Shown here: positions 37,945 through 51,310 of the stretch, one piece after another
Numbering within the stretch: position 1 is the first letter of the stretch
Layout of the letters: each line of letters begins with the position of its first letter
Assembly (NCBI GenBank): GCA_964016885.1
Contig: OZ024742.1
Span: 222,208,001 to 222,272,000, forward strand
DNA: 64,000 nucleotides
Reading direction: 5' to 3'
From: Eledone cirrhosa
Taxonomy: Eukaryota
Notes under the pieces: generated by a model
What the model was told of the DNA's origin: nothing
Seen by the model: the letters and a program-made list of their open reading frames with translations, nothing else
Databases searched by the model: none
Made by a program: the position numbers and the translations under genes

Positions 37945-40503
37945 GGGGGGGGTAATGACAAAGTATAAATGACTCCTTTTTTTTTTTAATGCTCTCTTTC
38001 TCATATCTAACAGCTCGACAAACAAAGAGTAATAAAACGTGTACCAGACAGACATGATGAATAAAATATCCGAATGGGTTTGCTGTGACTGACTACATTC
38101 GTTCAAGGCCACAGTCTAATGACTGAAACCAGTAGAAGAGTAAAAGGAACATATGTACACAATTTCAATGTATTTATTTGTTTAACCAACTAAACTACAC
38201 CCTAATGTATTTTGGTTGTTTTCATTGGGCTTCCCTGCTTTCTTAATACCTGAATTAATTGTTTCTACTTTTGGCACAAGGCCAGCAAATAACCAGTGTA
38301 TTACTGGTACTTTATTTTATCGACCCCTATTAATTATGTCATTTTTAGTTTAACACATTGTCGTATAGTATAAATTAATATAGAAACCAAGTGACTAGTT
38401 TACAGCAGGGTGAATGACGAGGAGGTGGGGGGAATTGTGAAGTATAACTGTCTTTATTATGCTGTCCTGTCAAGGGTATTTAGTGACGTAAATATGTTTC
38501 CAATGAAGGATTAAATGAAAACCAGGCCATTGACTTCGTTATTAGACGTAGCATCAGAATTACGTTAAATTTGATATTTTATTACAACAATATAGAATTA
38601 ATATCTGGATTTACAACATCTCTATATACGATATTCACAACAAAATGTCTGAACAGTGAATTTACGAGAGAAATAAGTGGGAATTTATGAGGCAAGATAA
38701 GTAGGGCTTCGACAAAGTCGTTATCATAATAGTAATACGCTGTTAAGTTGTAACTAGTTAACTCTCTCATCACTCACACACAAACACACGCACGCATGTA
38801 TTCTATTACAGTAGCAAAAGATAACAGTTAAATTTAGAAAGAAGAGGGAGTAGTCATATGTTACGTAAGGATTCAACACTTCAATGTGTTCCCATTCAAA
38901 ATTTCTGTAGTAAGAATGGCTTAGACCAATGTTTCTCAAATAGGAGGGATAGGAATTGGAGAGGAATGTTAGTCAGGGAGGAACCCAAACATAATAATAA
39001 TTGATTGCATTGTGTATACATATCAAATGAAACATCAATAAACCAAACTATTGTCTACATATCAAATACATCACACTATAGTATAAAGGTAGCGGAAGAT
39101 GTTATTTTGATTGTAGCGAGGGGAGAGTTAGTGATGTTAGTTGTAATTGAGGTTCATTGTTCACTTGTGGATTGCTTTGTAATGTGGTCACCGTTGCGTA
39201 GCGTGTAGGCGAAATAAGGTTGATGTGCCTGTGCGTGTGTGACCAGAGATTGTGGGTATGCATTATGATGATGATGATGTGATGATTCCTTGAGCAATTG
39301 ATCAGTTATAGCTTGTCGAATCACATGATCCACATGACAGGTGCAATGTGTCCGAAAACTGAAGAGCCGAACTCCCACCGTTATCGCCCCCATCTCTCTG
39401 TATGATGAGCAAATGGGCTTCCACGTGCTGGCCACCCCACAGTCCCGGCGGACAGAATGGAGAAGGCGTTTCCCCGGAGGATGGTAAGGGAGATGCGTTG
39501 GATGATAGAGATTTGTGATTTTGACCTTGAAATAGGTTTTTAAATAATCCCCTTTCTTTAATTCCATCAGCCAATGACCTCCACCCATCACAATCACCAC
39601 ACTTGTCAAATGCTAGGACGAATGGTTGTGTTGTGGCGTTGGTTCGGTTGTTGTGTGTGTACTCACTTGTGGATTGTTCAGTGGTGTGGTTACTGTTGTG
39701 TAGAGTGTAGTCGATAGAAGATTAATGTGCCTGATACAGTGTGACCAGAGATTGCAAGTGTGCAAGTAATTGAGTAACAGTGTTCATTATGACGATGATG
39801 ATATGATGTTTCCTTTGGTAAGTAATATACCTTGATCACGTAGGAAATGAAATATATAAAAGCCACTATACCGAAGTTATAAGACAATACACGAAGAACA
39901 AATAACCATAGATGAATCATGTGATGTTATGTGTCAGGATGCGTGCATTTACCAAACTTCTGTTGATGTGATGAATTTCGCTGTCTATGCCAAGAGAGAG
40001 AGAGAGTGTGTGTGTGTGTGTGTAAGACCCACAGGGTCTGTGTAAAGCAATGGACTACATGACTACCAAAAAATGCTTTTGAAACGTAAATCTGCTCAGA
40101 CAAGGCTGGCAGCAGCTAACATAATGTCTGGAAATTGAACCCTCAACCTTATGATCTTGAGACCCTTTCACTATTAAGCAACGTACTACCAAAAAAAAAA
40201 AAAGAACCTTTTTAACAAAGGTCTACTCAACCAAGACTAACACAATGTACCAGCCTTTGTGGAAATCGAACCTACAAACCTATGATCATGAGCTTTAAAA
40301 CCATAACCATTAAGCCGCATGCTAATACAATGTTTATAGGCGACCTAAAATAAATATAACAACATACCATGATGTAATATATTTGTTGTTTTTTCACCTC
40401 ATTTGACTGGTAGGACATTGACATCTGTTTTGAAGTGTCTACTCACACGCACATACACACACATAAACACACACACGCACACACATACATACATATATAT
40501 ATA

Positions 40504-40597
40504 CATGGTGTTCCCCAAAAATGCACACACACTTCAACAGCATTCTAATAAATATTGCCTGTACAGGTAATCAAAGTGTGTATACATTTTTGGGACA

Positions 40598-40602
<5 letters not shown>
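40504..40602. mobile_element. Tc1/mariner-type MITE
   Basis: ~99 bp; ATGGTGTTCCCCAAAAATGCACACAC / GTGTATACATTTTTGGGACACCAT inverted ends in a TA context. Confidence 0.65.
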
Positions 40603-40640
<38 letters not shown>

Positions 40641-41003
40641 AGTGGAGGTTTAGTAAAATCGAAGCTTTGGTTGTGGCCAAGCTAACGACCTGCAATTATG
40701 AATGAACAACAAAGCACCCAATAAGGTTGTAGGCCTTAGAGTAATAACATACGTTTAGACAGCTTGACAAATTGAAAATTGCGGCAGGTAGACCTAGCCA
40801 CACAATACCAAAAACAACGAAAAACCTAATCCTGTTAGACAACTGACCTGGACATATCGAACGATATTTTGCAATACGTCCGATAGGTTTCTAGGAAATT
40901 CGAAATCATCCATCCAACTTACGTAATATGTAAGCCTGTGGTCTTCCATGATCGAACAGTGGATTCACGTCATCAACAGGAAATTTCGTTCTATGTCTCA
41001 AGC

Positions 41004-41052
<49 letters not shown>

Positions 41053-41171
41053 AGGTGAGTTTTATTGTAGCACAATAAAGCAATGCAAATATCGGATAAG
41101 TAGCACTCCAGAGTTTATAGGACTGGAGTATAAATAATATAAGATCAAAAGATGGTTAAAAGAGTTCCAAG

Positions 41172-41239
41172 TATTTTATTATGCGCATTTCAAAAACAAA
41201 TATCATGGGATGATATTTGCGTTCTCATCAGATAAAATA
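41172..41239 (-). ncRNA. Type I hammerhead ribozyme
   Basis: TATTTTAT-CTGATGA-GAACGCAAATATCA(TCCCA)TGATATTTGTTTTT-GAA-ATGCGCAT-A-ATAAAATA. Lies in a ~210-bp island (41051-41260) between two (TA)n tracts. Confidence 0.87.
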
Positions 41240-41257
41240 GGGAGACATGATATGAAG

Positions 41258-41293
<36 letters not shown>

Positions 41294-41313
41294 ATAAACA
41301 ACATAAGATAATT

Positions 41314-41376
41314 ATTTCATTTACCAGTGGTTTCTTGAAGACAGATATTTATGCCTGTCTTCATTCATCAGAAAAT
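41314..41376 (-). ncRNA. Type I hammerhead ribozyme (weak stem I)
   Basis: ATTTT-CTGATGA-A-TGAAGACAG..CTGTCTTCA-A-GAA-ACCACTGGT-A-AATGAAAT. The inverted copy at 42218-42280 has CTGATCA (G8C). Confidence 0.7.
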
Positions 41377-41825
41377 ATTTATTTATGAAGTAGTAATAAT
41401 GGATTTGAAAACAGAGTATAGGATAAATGAAAGTGAGGCAGAAATAAAATAACGGGCAAAAATTGAGGGGGAAAAAAAAAAGTAAATATCCAAATACATA
41501 CACATACACAAACTCACTCATATACGTAATAGAACGTAAACATATACATTCACACATAAATATATGTGCATCTGCATGGAAATACAAATACACCACATAT
41601 GCGTGTGATCTGTCACTCACATATGCGCAACGAATCATTGGGAAGTAGTTGGGGGACCAGATATAAATAAATATAATCAAAAAACAAGGATAGGAAATAA
41701 AATGAAAGCAAAAAGGGACGGGTTGACAACGAAAGGTGGGGGGGGGGATTAATAAATATATATATTTACCCATATTATTCAAAATATTAATAAATGAAAG
41801 ATATTCACATAATCAAAATATATGC

Positions 41826-41889
41826 TTTATTATATATATTTCAAAGGTACTGTGTTGTTTTTTTTCCCAGTAAGTCTTCATCAGATAAA
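41826..41889 (-). ncRNA. Type I hammerhead ribozyme
   Basis: TTTAT-CTGATGA-AGACTTACTG..CAGTACCTTT-GAA-ATATATAT-A-ATAAA; imperfect stem II base. Confidence 0.68.
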
Positions 41890-42378
41890 ATATATGATTT
41901 GATATATGACATACCGCTACTGTCTTGATTATACAATTCCAGTATACATACATACTGTTATTTTATTTCAGCCTCACTTTCATTTATCATATACTCTGTT
42001 TTCAAATCCATTATTACTTTGGCAGTATCGGTGGAGGGTCGGACGCCATGCTTTCCAGCATAGTTACGTCCCTTTACGATCTGAGTTCAAATCCCGCCGA
42101 GGTTGACTTTGCCTTTCATCCTTACGGGGTCGATAAAATAAAGTACCAGTAATGCACTGGATAATTGCTGGCCTTGTGCCTAAAGTAGAAACAATTATTA
42201 CTACTTCATAAATAAATATTTTCTGATCAATGGAGACAGACATAAATATCTGTTTTCAAGAAACCACCGGTAAATGAAATAATTATTTTATGTTGTTTAT
42301 TACATAACTAAAAAGCTCTGTAGCCTACATAGAGCACTCTCTTTTCCTTTACCTTTCCTACGGAAATACTTCATTTAT

Positions 42379-42410
<32 letters not shown>

Positions 42411-42974
42411 TTATATATACATGCATATATATATATGTACGCACACACATATATATATATGTACATACACTACCATCACCAACAACAACACAACCACCAA
42501 CAACAACAACAACAACACTGCCACAGCTACGCCACTACTACCATCAGTGACAACAACCACAACTACCACCACCACCACCACCAACAACAACAAACAAATA
42601 ATTTATCCTATAGTCAATGGTACATACAATTAGTAACTCTCAGAATATGTGCGACATTGCCAAATTATTAACAAAGCATGCACATCGTATTCTTAATACC
42701 CACTTGAGAAAAAAGAACATTTGTGAAAGTCTGGCAGTTGTCCAATCAACAATATGTTGGTGTTGCTAAGACACTTTGGGGCATCAAAGCTGAATGAAAA
42801 GATGATTACATAAAACCAGATGTAGGTGGAATAGTAAGGAATGGTAAGGGATGGTATGGGTTGGCATGGAATGATAAGCAATGGTATGGGTTGGAATGGA
42901 ATTTAACAGACGTATTCTTGTCGTGTCTTAGTCAAAGGAAACTATGATAAATAATTTTTTGTTTTGTTTTGTTT

Positions 42975-43835
42975 TTTGTTAGACTCAAGCATGGTTGTGT
43001 GGTGAAGGAGTTAGGCTCAAGTATGGCCAAATGGTGAAGGAGTTTGTTAGGCTCAAGCAATGCTATGTGGTGAATGAGTTTGTTAGGCTCAAGCAATACT
43101 ATGTGGTGAATGAGTTTGTTAGGCTCAAACAATGCTGTGTGGTGAAGGAGTTTGTTAGGCTCAAGCAATGCTATGTGGTGAATAAGTTTGTTAGACTCAA
43201 ACAATGCTGTATGGTGAAGGAGTTTGTTAGGCTCAAGCAATGCTATGTGGTGAAGGAGTTTGTTAGGCTCAGGTCTGGCTGTGTGATGAAGGAATTTGTT
43301 AGGCACAGGTATAGCTGTGTGGTGAAAGAATTTGTTAGGCACAAGTATGGCTGTGTGGTGAAGGATTTAGGCTCAAGTATGGCTGTGTGGTGAAGGAGTT
43401 AGGCTCAAGTATGGCTGTGTGGTGAAGGAGTTAGGCTCAAGTATGGCTGTGTGGTGAAGGAGTTAGGCTCAAGTATGGCTGTGTGGTGAAGGATTTAGGC
43501 TCAAGTATGGCTGTGTGGTGAAGGATTTAGGCTCAAGTATGGCTGTGTGGTGAAGGAGTTAGGCTCAGGTATTACTGTTTGGTGAAGAAGTTTGTTAGGT
43601 TCAAGCAATGCTATGTGGTGAAGGAGTTTGTTAGACTCAAGTGTAGCTGTGTGGTGAAGGTGCTTTTTAGGCTCAAGTGTAGCTGTATGGTGAAGGAGTT
43701 TGTTAGGCTCAAGTGTGGTTGTGTGGTGAAGGAGTTTGTTAGGCTCAAGTGTTGCTGTGTGGTGAAGGAGTTTGTTAAGCTCAAGTGTGGTTGCATGGTG
43801 AAGGAGTTAGGCTCATGCATGGTTGTGTGGTTAAG
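42975..43835. repeat. 36-bp minisatellite with central 32-bp variant block
   Basis: GTGGTGAAGGAGTTTGTTAGGCTCAAGCAATGCTAT units; 43360-43565 units lack 4 bp. Confidence 0.93.
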
Positions 43836-44489
43836 GCTATAATAGAAGACATTTACCCAAGGTGTAGCATTGTGCCAGTGTGCCATGCAATAGGACAGAA
43901 CCAAAGCTTTTGCCATCTTTCCACTGAGTTTTCCTTTTTCTGCCCTTTCTAGTGAGGCTTAACAGTGATATTTTCATACTTCTTTCTGTTGTTTTAAACA
44001 CCCCGTCCACTTTGTAAGGGAACAGTGCTGGTGCCACAACAAGAAACACCCAGTCTTCGCTGTCAGTTGGTAGTGATGTTGACACAAGAAAAAGTGCCCA
44101 GTCCATCCTGTCACATGGTAGTGTTGGTGCCACGAAAAATGCTTCTAGCACATGCTGTAAAGTAGCTGATGTTAGGAAGTGCATCCATCCGTAGAAAATC
44201 TGTCTCGCCTCAGAATGTAACAACCCAACTAACCTATAGTATCATGGAAAAATAGAGATTGTTAAATGGTGATGACGATGATGATGATGATTCCTTCTGG
44301 AAATCTTATCACACTTTGTTATCAGAGAAGAAAATGTAATTGTTGAACTTAAAATTTAACTTCTTTTTCTTCAATGAAAAGAAAAGGACAGAAAGAAAGA
44401 AAAACATTTATTTATCTTCTTACATTTCACCCATGAATTAAACAGGATGAAACCATTATTTATAAACCTACACACACACATATATATAT

Positions 44490-46190
44490 ATCATCATCAT
44501 CATCATCACCGTTTTACGTCCGTTCTTCCACGCTAGCATGGGTTAGACGGGTTGTCCTGTTGTGGGCAGTGTCTGGTCGGCTGACCATGCCTTGCTCATA
44601 CAGGAACTGATCTGGCTTGATTTCTACAGCTGGATGCCCTTCCTAACACCAACCTCATTTACAGTGAGTGCTGGGTGCTTTTTCGTGGCGCCTACACGTC
44701 CACTTTACAGTGTGGGCTGGGTGCTTTTTTGCCGTGGCACCTCCACGACCACCTTGCGGTGGGGGGGGGGGGAGTGGGGGCATATTGTTTATATGCTTCA
44801 GCATGTACCCATGGGAGGTCGGGTACCCTGTATTACTGCGTGACGCCAGAAGTCACGGTCGTGTGTCATTGACTTTGAGAGGTGTAGTTGGGTAAGGTCG
44901 GCTTTTATCACCTCATCCCAAGTCATCTTGGGTCTCCCCACTCCGCGGTTTCCATCAACTTCTAGTGCTCTGCACCTTTTTATGCAGCTGTCATCCTTCA
45001 TACGCATCACATGTCCATACCAGCGTAACCGCCTCTCCTGCACGCAGCATTTGATTCCTCTTATGCTCAGTCTCTCTCTCAATTCCTTTATGCTTTGTCG
45101 TTCACGTATATTACTGTTACACATCCATCGGAGCATGCAGGCTTCGTTTCTCTCTAATCTACGTAAGTCTTCCACCTTCAGCGCCCAGGTCTCACTACCA
45201 TGCAACATCGCTGTTCGGATACACGCATCATACAGTCTGCCTTTCATTCTGAGGGAGAAGCCTTTTGCAGCTAGCAGTGGTAGTAGTTCCCTAAACTTCT
45301 TCCATCCCGTTCTTACCCTAGTTATTGTACTATCTGAGCACCCACCTCCGTTGCTAATTCGGTCACCTAGGTAGCAGAAGCTGTCTACTGTTTCTACAGG
45401 GCCCTCCCAGAGATTGGTGGTACTTGTTTCCTGTGGCTGTTTGCTTGCTGTTTCAGCACAGCTGCTGCATGTGAATCCTACATTCTTAATTAAGCTTCCT
45501 GAGATCCCACTACATCTCTTGTGTACCCATTGTTTGCATTTGGGGCAGAGAATGGAGTTCCTACCTACACCTTTCCTACATACTGAGCAAGGCCATTTCC
45601 CTGAGGGGATCTGGGTTCTGTTTTCTCGTCTACTTATAAGGACCTTAGTCTTTGTCATGTTGACTTTGAGGCCCTTTCTCTCTAGTCCCTGCTTCCAGGT
45701 TTGGAATTTATTCTCTAGTTCTACCATAGATTCAGCTATGAGTGCGAGGTCATCAGCATACAGGAGTTCCCATGGGCATCCGGTCTTAAACTCCTCCGTT
45801 ATTGCCTGCAGGACTATGATGAACAGGAGAGGGCTAAGAACAGAGCCCTGGTGGACCCCAACCTGTACGCTAAATTCCTCGCTATACTCATTGCCAATCC
45901 TAACTTTGCTGACTGCTCCCCTATACATGGCTTGTACCGCTTTCACAAGCCATTCATCTACTCCTAGTTTTCTAAGAGCCCACCAGATTACTGCACGTGG
46001 AACTCTGTCAAAGGCTTTCTCAAGGTCGACAAATGCCAAGTAGAGTGGCTTACTTTTAGCTAGGTACTTTTCCTGTAATTGCCTCACAAGGAAGAGGGCA
46101 TCAGTGGTGCCTTTCCCTGGTACAAACCCAAATTGCATCTCGTCTATATTCACCCGGTCCCTAATCAGCTGTGCTATAACTCTTTCTGTT
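44490..46190 (-). mobile_element. 5'-truncated RTE LINE with 3' UTR and (GAT)n tail
   Basis: Open RT frame, repetitive 3' UTR ending in GGACGTAAAACGG-(TGA)n; the 5' end abuts (TA)n. Confidence 0.92.
44798..46153 (-). CDS. RTE-clade reverse transcriptase (partial) with inserted PHD-like finger
   Basis: QFGF, FVDLEKAFDRV, GVHQGSVLSPLLF, LLYADDL, FCYLG, RRLRWYGHV; CSVC..LCPKCKQWVHKRC..FTCSSC C4HC3 pattern after the YADD region. Confidence 0.93.
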   Translation of the reverse strand: MNIDEMQFGFVPGKGTTDALFLVRQLQEKYLAKSKPLYLAFVDLEKAFDRVPRAVIWWALRKLGVDEWLVKAVQAMYRGAVSKVRIGNEYSEEFSVQVGVHQGSVLSPLLFIIVLQAITEEFKTGCPWELLYADDLALIAESMVELENKFQTWKQGLERKGLKVNMTKTKVLISRRENRTQIPSGKWPCSVCRKGVGRNSILCPKCKQWVHKRCSGISGSLIKNVGFTCSSCAETASKQPQETSTTNLWEGPVETVDSFCYLGDRISNGGGCSDSTITRVRTGWKKFRELLPLLAAKGFSLRMKGRLYDACIRTAMLHGSETWALKVEDLRRLERNEACMLRWMCNSNIRERQSIKELRERLSIRGIKCCVQERRLRWYGHVMRMKDDSCIKRCRALEVDGNRGVGRPKMTWDEVIKADLTQLHLSKSMTHDRDFWRHAVIQGTRPPMGTC

Positions 46191-47282
46191 ATATATATAT
46201 ATATATTAGTATGGTATGGACAGTATTATATACCTGTGTGTGTGTATCTGTATGGTATAGCCAGTTTTATAAACCTAAGTATATATAGTTACGATATAAG
46301 ACTAGGCAATTTCATCAGGTGTTATTTGCAGAATTATGTAACAGGATTACATTGAATCCAAACATGCAATGGAAGATAGGAGATAGAGAAAAAATAGAAG
46401 AGAGAGAGGGAGAGAGTGAGAGAGAGAGGGGGGAGAGAAAGAGAGAGAGAGGGCATTCAGTCATAGAAAACTTGCTAAACAAAGGGCCATGAGGACCCTT
46501 CAACTGTATCAAAGACATGATAACTGCCCTAATGTTGGTGTCACAATAAAATGCACTTGGTCAAGTATGTAATCATATGTCAGTGAGATGCTGGCTCATC
46601 TATTAGGTCTGTAGTCCTGCTTGATCACTGACCCCATCTCTGACAACCCCTCCAACCCTTGCTAGCAGATAAAACAGACATTGAATGATGATGATGATGA
46701 TGATGTGTGTGTGTGTGTATGTATGTGTACGTATATATCAGTATAGTATAGCTAATTATATAAACCTGTGTGTGTGTGTATCAGTATGATATGTCTAGTT
46801 CATTTTGTCAAATAAAGAATAAAAATTTAAATAAATTTCCAGCTTGCAGCAAAGGCTGATAAGAAGTATAGAGAGGTAGAGAACTGTGATAATAGTGCAA
46901 GTGATAGCTTTAATGTAGCTGAGCTCAGAATCTTAATGAGGAAGATATTACTGGATACTTTTACTTCCAAGCACATCAGGAAAATAAAACTGAGATAAAC
47001 CAGACTGAATAATATAGATTTAACATGAAAAGTGTAACTAAAATCACAAGAAAAACTTTGCTATTTACATTGATGTATTTATAAAGTAAAGGACACAATA
47101 AGTTCACTCTTTAGGTATGTTTACAAGAACAGCTTGCCTTCGCTCACTATTATATTATTATATAATAGTTTTTACACATCGTTTTGTTAAATAAATGCAA
47201 TTATGTCTATGAGCTTAAGAGATTTGCTTCACAATTATAAGGTTTGGGGTCCAGTCCTATTGTATGAGTCATTGGGTAATTA

Positions 47283-47791
47283 CAGAGGCGTATCTAAGGT
47301 ATAGCAAGCATGGCACGTGCCATGGGTGCCACGTGAAAGGGAGTGCTACCTGGACTAGGAGCACTTTCTATTAAAGCCAGATAAGCTATTGTCAGAGAGT
47401 GAAAAAAGAAACTTCTTCAGATTTATGATCTGTCTTTGATTATCATAGGTGAGAAACACTATGGTGGCTGGATCATTAAACCATTTATATAAATTATTAG
47501 GCCCATAGGCTTGGAAATATTTTAGTATGGTTTTAATATTTGTCAAAGATCAGCATTACACAGATGGCTCCCTTTAGATACACTAACACTTTTACCAATA
47601 CTTTACATCTACTTAAGCGTAAAGGATACCTGTAAAACAAATGAAAATGCAGTTTTATACCATAAACCCTCATTTATTTAAACTGCGCTGTCAATCCCAT
47701 TCTCTAACAACTACTACATAGCTTGCTGTATGGGCAGGGGTGCAAGTTTCAATGTTTGCCATAGGTGCTATTTTCCCTTGTTACACCTCTG
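47283..47791. mobile_element. Non-autonomous hAT-type DNA transposon
   Basis: CAGAGGCGTA / TACACCTCTG TIRs; 8-bp TSD GGTAATTA/GGCAATTA; homologous to 7245-7787. Confidence 0.82.
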
Positions 47792-48924
47792 GGCAATTAT
47801 CATCTACCATATCCTTGAGCTAATTCAAATGTCCAGCTTTGTGCCATATTGATTACTCAAGCAATTAAAATATATATCATATTTGACAGCTTTTAAGACA
47901 CACCACAATTTGGGTAGACATTAAAAAAAATAAATAAATGGGTTTAAACTATGAATGTCAGGTGAAGGGTATAAAGTTTCTATATCCTATTTTTTTTATT
48001 ATCATTCTACATCGCAATTCTAGTCATAATATTTTAGTACATTTTTAAAACAAAAGGAAGTATGAAAATTTAATTCAAAGGCCACTGCAGCAATAACCCA
48101 AACTGACCCTTGAACTTATAAAACACAGGGTGATTTTCTGGGACATTTTTTGGAAAAAAATATGACTTATAAGCCATCAAATATAGTAAATTTAAGGGAA
48201 ATTTGTAGCAAAATTTCAATCAATACCGAATGTCTATATCTAATACTTCCCTTTAAAAATCAATAAAATAACAAATTATCAATAAATATGATACATATAA
48301 CAAAAACAATGTAATAACAGTACAATAACTTTATTGTTTAACAGTTCAATACCTTTTTATAGAAATCTTGGAACTGCAAGAATATTTAAACAGGAAAAAA
48401 TGCTTTCAAATTATTGTATTGTTTACAAGAGTAAATCTAAGCATTCTTTTGTAACACCCCTCCTTCGTAGATGCAGACCACCTCCCACTCCTCACATCAT
48501 ATCATGATGTGGTTGGAGCTAGAAAGGGCATCAAGCAATGGAAGCTCGGATTGAAGCATATTAGTTATCTGACCTGCCTATGGACAGAACATGGCAACCC
48601 ACCTAATCTGTACAAGGATAAAAAATAGTTGATAAATGGTGAGGATGATATATGTGCCCTCGATGGAACATGAGACTGTACATAAACGAGACACAGATCT
48701 CTGGCTTGTCTGGGAGATCAGTGGTTCCGCTTCAGTACTAACTTGGTTTATGTGGACCCATCCAACCCTTGCTAGCAGGGAAAGTGGACATTAACATGAC
48801 AATGATGATGATGATGATATATATATAAACATATATATAATCCCCATGAGACATCACTTGCTTTGCCACAGTACTGGAACCACGACAAAAAGCGCCTAGC
48901 CTATACTGTAAAGAGTTCTTCCTG

Positions 48925-49090
48925 GTGCCATAACAAAAAAGCATGCAGTACCTCTTGTAAGATGGCAGTGCTAGTGACATAACAAAAAAGCATGCAGTAC
49001 CTCTTGTAAGATGGCAGTGCTAGTGACATAACAAAAAAGCATGCAGTACCTCTTGTAAGATGGCAGTGCTAGTGACATAACAAAAAGCAG
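48925..49090. repeat. 49-bp tandem repeat (x3) related to the RTE 3' UTR; related ~42/126-bp array at 49940-50325
   Basis: CATAACAAAAAAGCATGCAGTACCTCTTGTAAGATGGCAGTGCTAGTGA repeated. Confidence 0.8.
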
Positions 49091-49269
49091 CCAGTCTATA
49101 CTGTAATCTGGCTGGCATTAGGAAGGGCATTCAGCCAAAGAAAAAAAACTATAAATGGATTGTAAAAGCAAGATGTGTTCACCTGACCAGCCAGGCCTCA
49201 TAGCGGGACAGCCTGTCTAACCCATGCAAGCATGAAAAATAGACGTTAAATGGTGATGATGATGATAAT

Positions 49270-49600
49270 AGTATACATGAATGGAAAAGCATAAATGAAC
49301 TGAGAGAGAAACTGGGCATAAGAGGGGCAAATGCAGTGTGTAGGAGAGGAAATTGCATTGGTATGGACATGCAATGTGTATGAAGGATGACAGCTGTATA
49401 AAAAGGTGCAAGGTGCTCAAAGTTGATGGAAGCTATAGAGTAGGAAGACATAGGAAGACTTGGGATGAGGTGATAAAAGCTGACCTTGCACAATTGCACC
49501 TCTGAAAGGTGGATGACACAGGACTGGGATCTCTGGCACTATGCAGTAATACAGAGAACCCACCGTTCCATGTGCATGGGTTGAAGCATACATCAAGTAT
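49270..49600 (+). pseudogene. Degenerate RTE 3' fragment
   Basis: LREKLGIRG..WYGH..MKDDSCIKRCK..KTWDEVIKADL. Confidence 0.85.
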
Positions 49601-50459
49601 GTACCACTTTCTCCTGCCTTCCATACATCTCCCATGTCTTGACATCGCACCTTTCACCAATACCTCTACACCGCTCCCATTACCAGATAAGTTCCCCTCC
49701 CCAAGCCCACCCCTAGTTCACACTGAAATCATATATAAACTTAAGCCAAAATCTTGATTGGGAGATATAAGTTAGACAAACTAAAATAAGTCAGTTTCAC
49801 TTATATGATATCTCCAACTGCAGTTTCTGGAATTAAGAAACAATGCTTATTATCTGAATAAATTCAGATAACGAATATTGGAAGAATATTCTGTCTTCAG
49901 AGGGAAATTCTTTGGAAGTAGAGAAAATATTGAATAGATGGCACCAAAACGATCATCTAACAGGGTGGACTGAGTGCTTTTTCATTGTGTCACCAGCACA
50001 ACCACCTTACAGGGTGGACTGGGTACTTTTATGTTGTGTCACCAGCACAACCATCTTAGAGGCTGGACTGAATATTTTTATGCTGTGTCACCAGTATGAT
50101 CATCTTACAGGGTGGACTGGGTACTTTTATGTTGTGTCACCAGCACAACCACCTTACAGGCTGGACTGGGTACTTTTATGTTGTGTCACCAGCACAACCA
50201 TCTTACAGGCTGGACTGAATATTTTTATGCTGTGTCACCAGTATGACCATCTTACAGGGTGGGCTGGGTACTTTTTTGTTGTCACCAGTATGATCACTCT
50301 ACAGGGTGGACTGGGTGCTTTTGTTGGGAAACCAGAATGTAAGTTGGACATACGATGAGATGAGTGAGGGAAGTCTAAGTTGGGGTACTTAGCTGGTGAG
50401 TAGAGTATTAAAATAAATTGAAGAAGGGGTATGGCAGAGAGTGAGGGAGAGGATTGGTG

Positions 50460-51310
50460 CAGAATAATGTTTCAACCTGTGCACATGAGATGGCAGGGTT
50501 TCTGCAGTACAGTGTATCACCAGAGATCTCAATCCTGTGCCATCTCCTTTGTGTGGTTTAATTGGGTAAGTTCAGCTTTCATCTCTTCATCTCAAGCTTT
50601 CCTAGGTCTTCCTCTTCCATAGTTTCTGACAACTTATACAGCTGTCATCTCCTCATATGTATCACATGTCCACTACCACTGCAATCCCCTTTCTTGCTCA
50701 CTGTATCAGACCCTTCTTATGCCCAGTTTCTTCCACAGTTCAATACACTTTGCTGTTCATGCACACTACTATTACACATATATCAAAACATGTAAGCTTC
50801 ATTTCTTTCCAATATTTGTAGGTTCTCTGAACACAGTGTCCAGGTCTTATTTCCATGCAGCATGCATGTTTGTATACAGGTAAACAATCTGCCTTTCATT
50901 TTGAGAGAAAAATCTTTTGTAGCTAGCAGCAGTAGCTCTCTGAACTTTTTCCTGTTCTCATGCTGGCTACTGTACTGTCAGAACATTCACCTCCACTGCT
51001 AATTTGGTCATCCAGGTAACAGAATTTTCAATTACTTCTATGGAACCCTCTGAGCATTTGACACACCTTGTTTCTTATGAGCACTTACTGCTTACTGCAC
51101 CTGTGCATCAGCCACATATAAAACCTACATCCTTTGCTATCTGCCTAAGATTCTGCTACATCTCTTGTGTACCCACAGTTTCCCTTAGGAGCATAGGATG
51201 GAATTTCTACCCAATCCCTTCCTGCACACTGAGCAAGGCCATTTCGCTGAAGGGATCTGGGCTCTGTTTTCCTTCCTACTTATTAGAATTTTAGACTTTG
51301 CTAAGTTGAT
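50460..51310 (-). pseudogene. Degenerate RTE 3' fragment
   Basis: Nucleotide similarity to 44780-45660 with many indels. Confidence 0.82.

Larger units (their letters stand above)
41291..42305. mobile_element. Fold-back hammerhead element whose right arm is split by a SINE
   Basis: 41291-41453 is inverted at 41958-42016 plus 42194-42303; SINE inserted at ~42020-42197. Confidence 0.75.

Noticed and set aside
40935-40980. Minus-strand CCTG-TTGATGA..GAAGACCA-CAGG motif
   Set aside because: Several core deviations and no NUH; cannot be distinguished from chance.
42932-43916. Repeat-protein ORFs (VVKEFVRLKQCY / EPNKLLHH)
   Set aside because: Open only because the minisatellite unit is 36 bp; the frame breaks in the 32-bp block.
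47588-47629. Phase-compatible minus-strand exon candidate
   Set aside because: It lies inside the hAT MITE 47283-47791.
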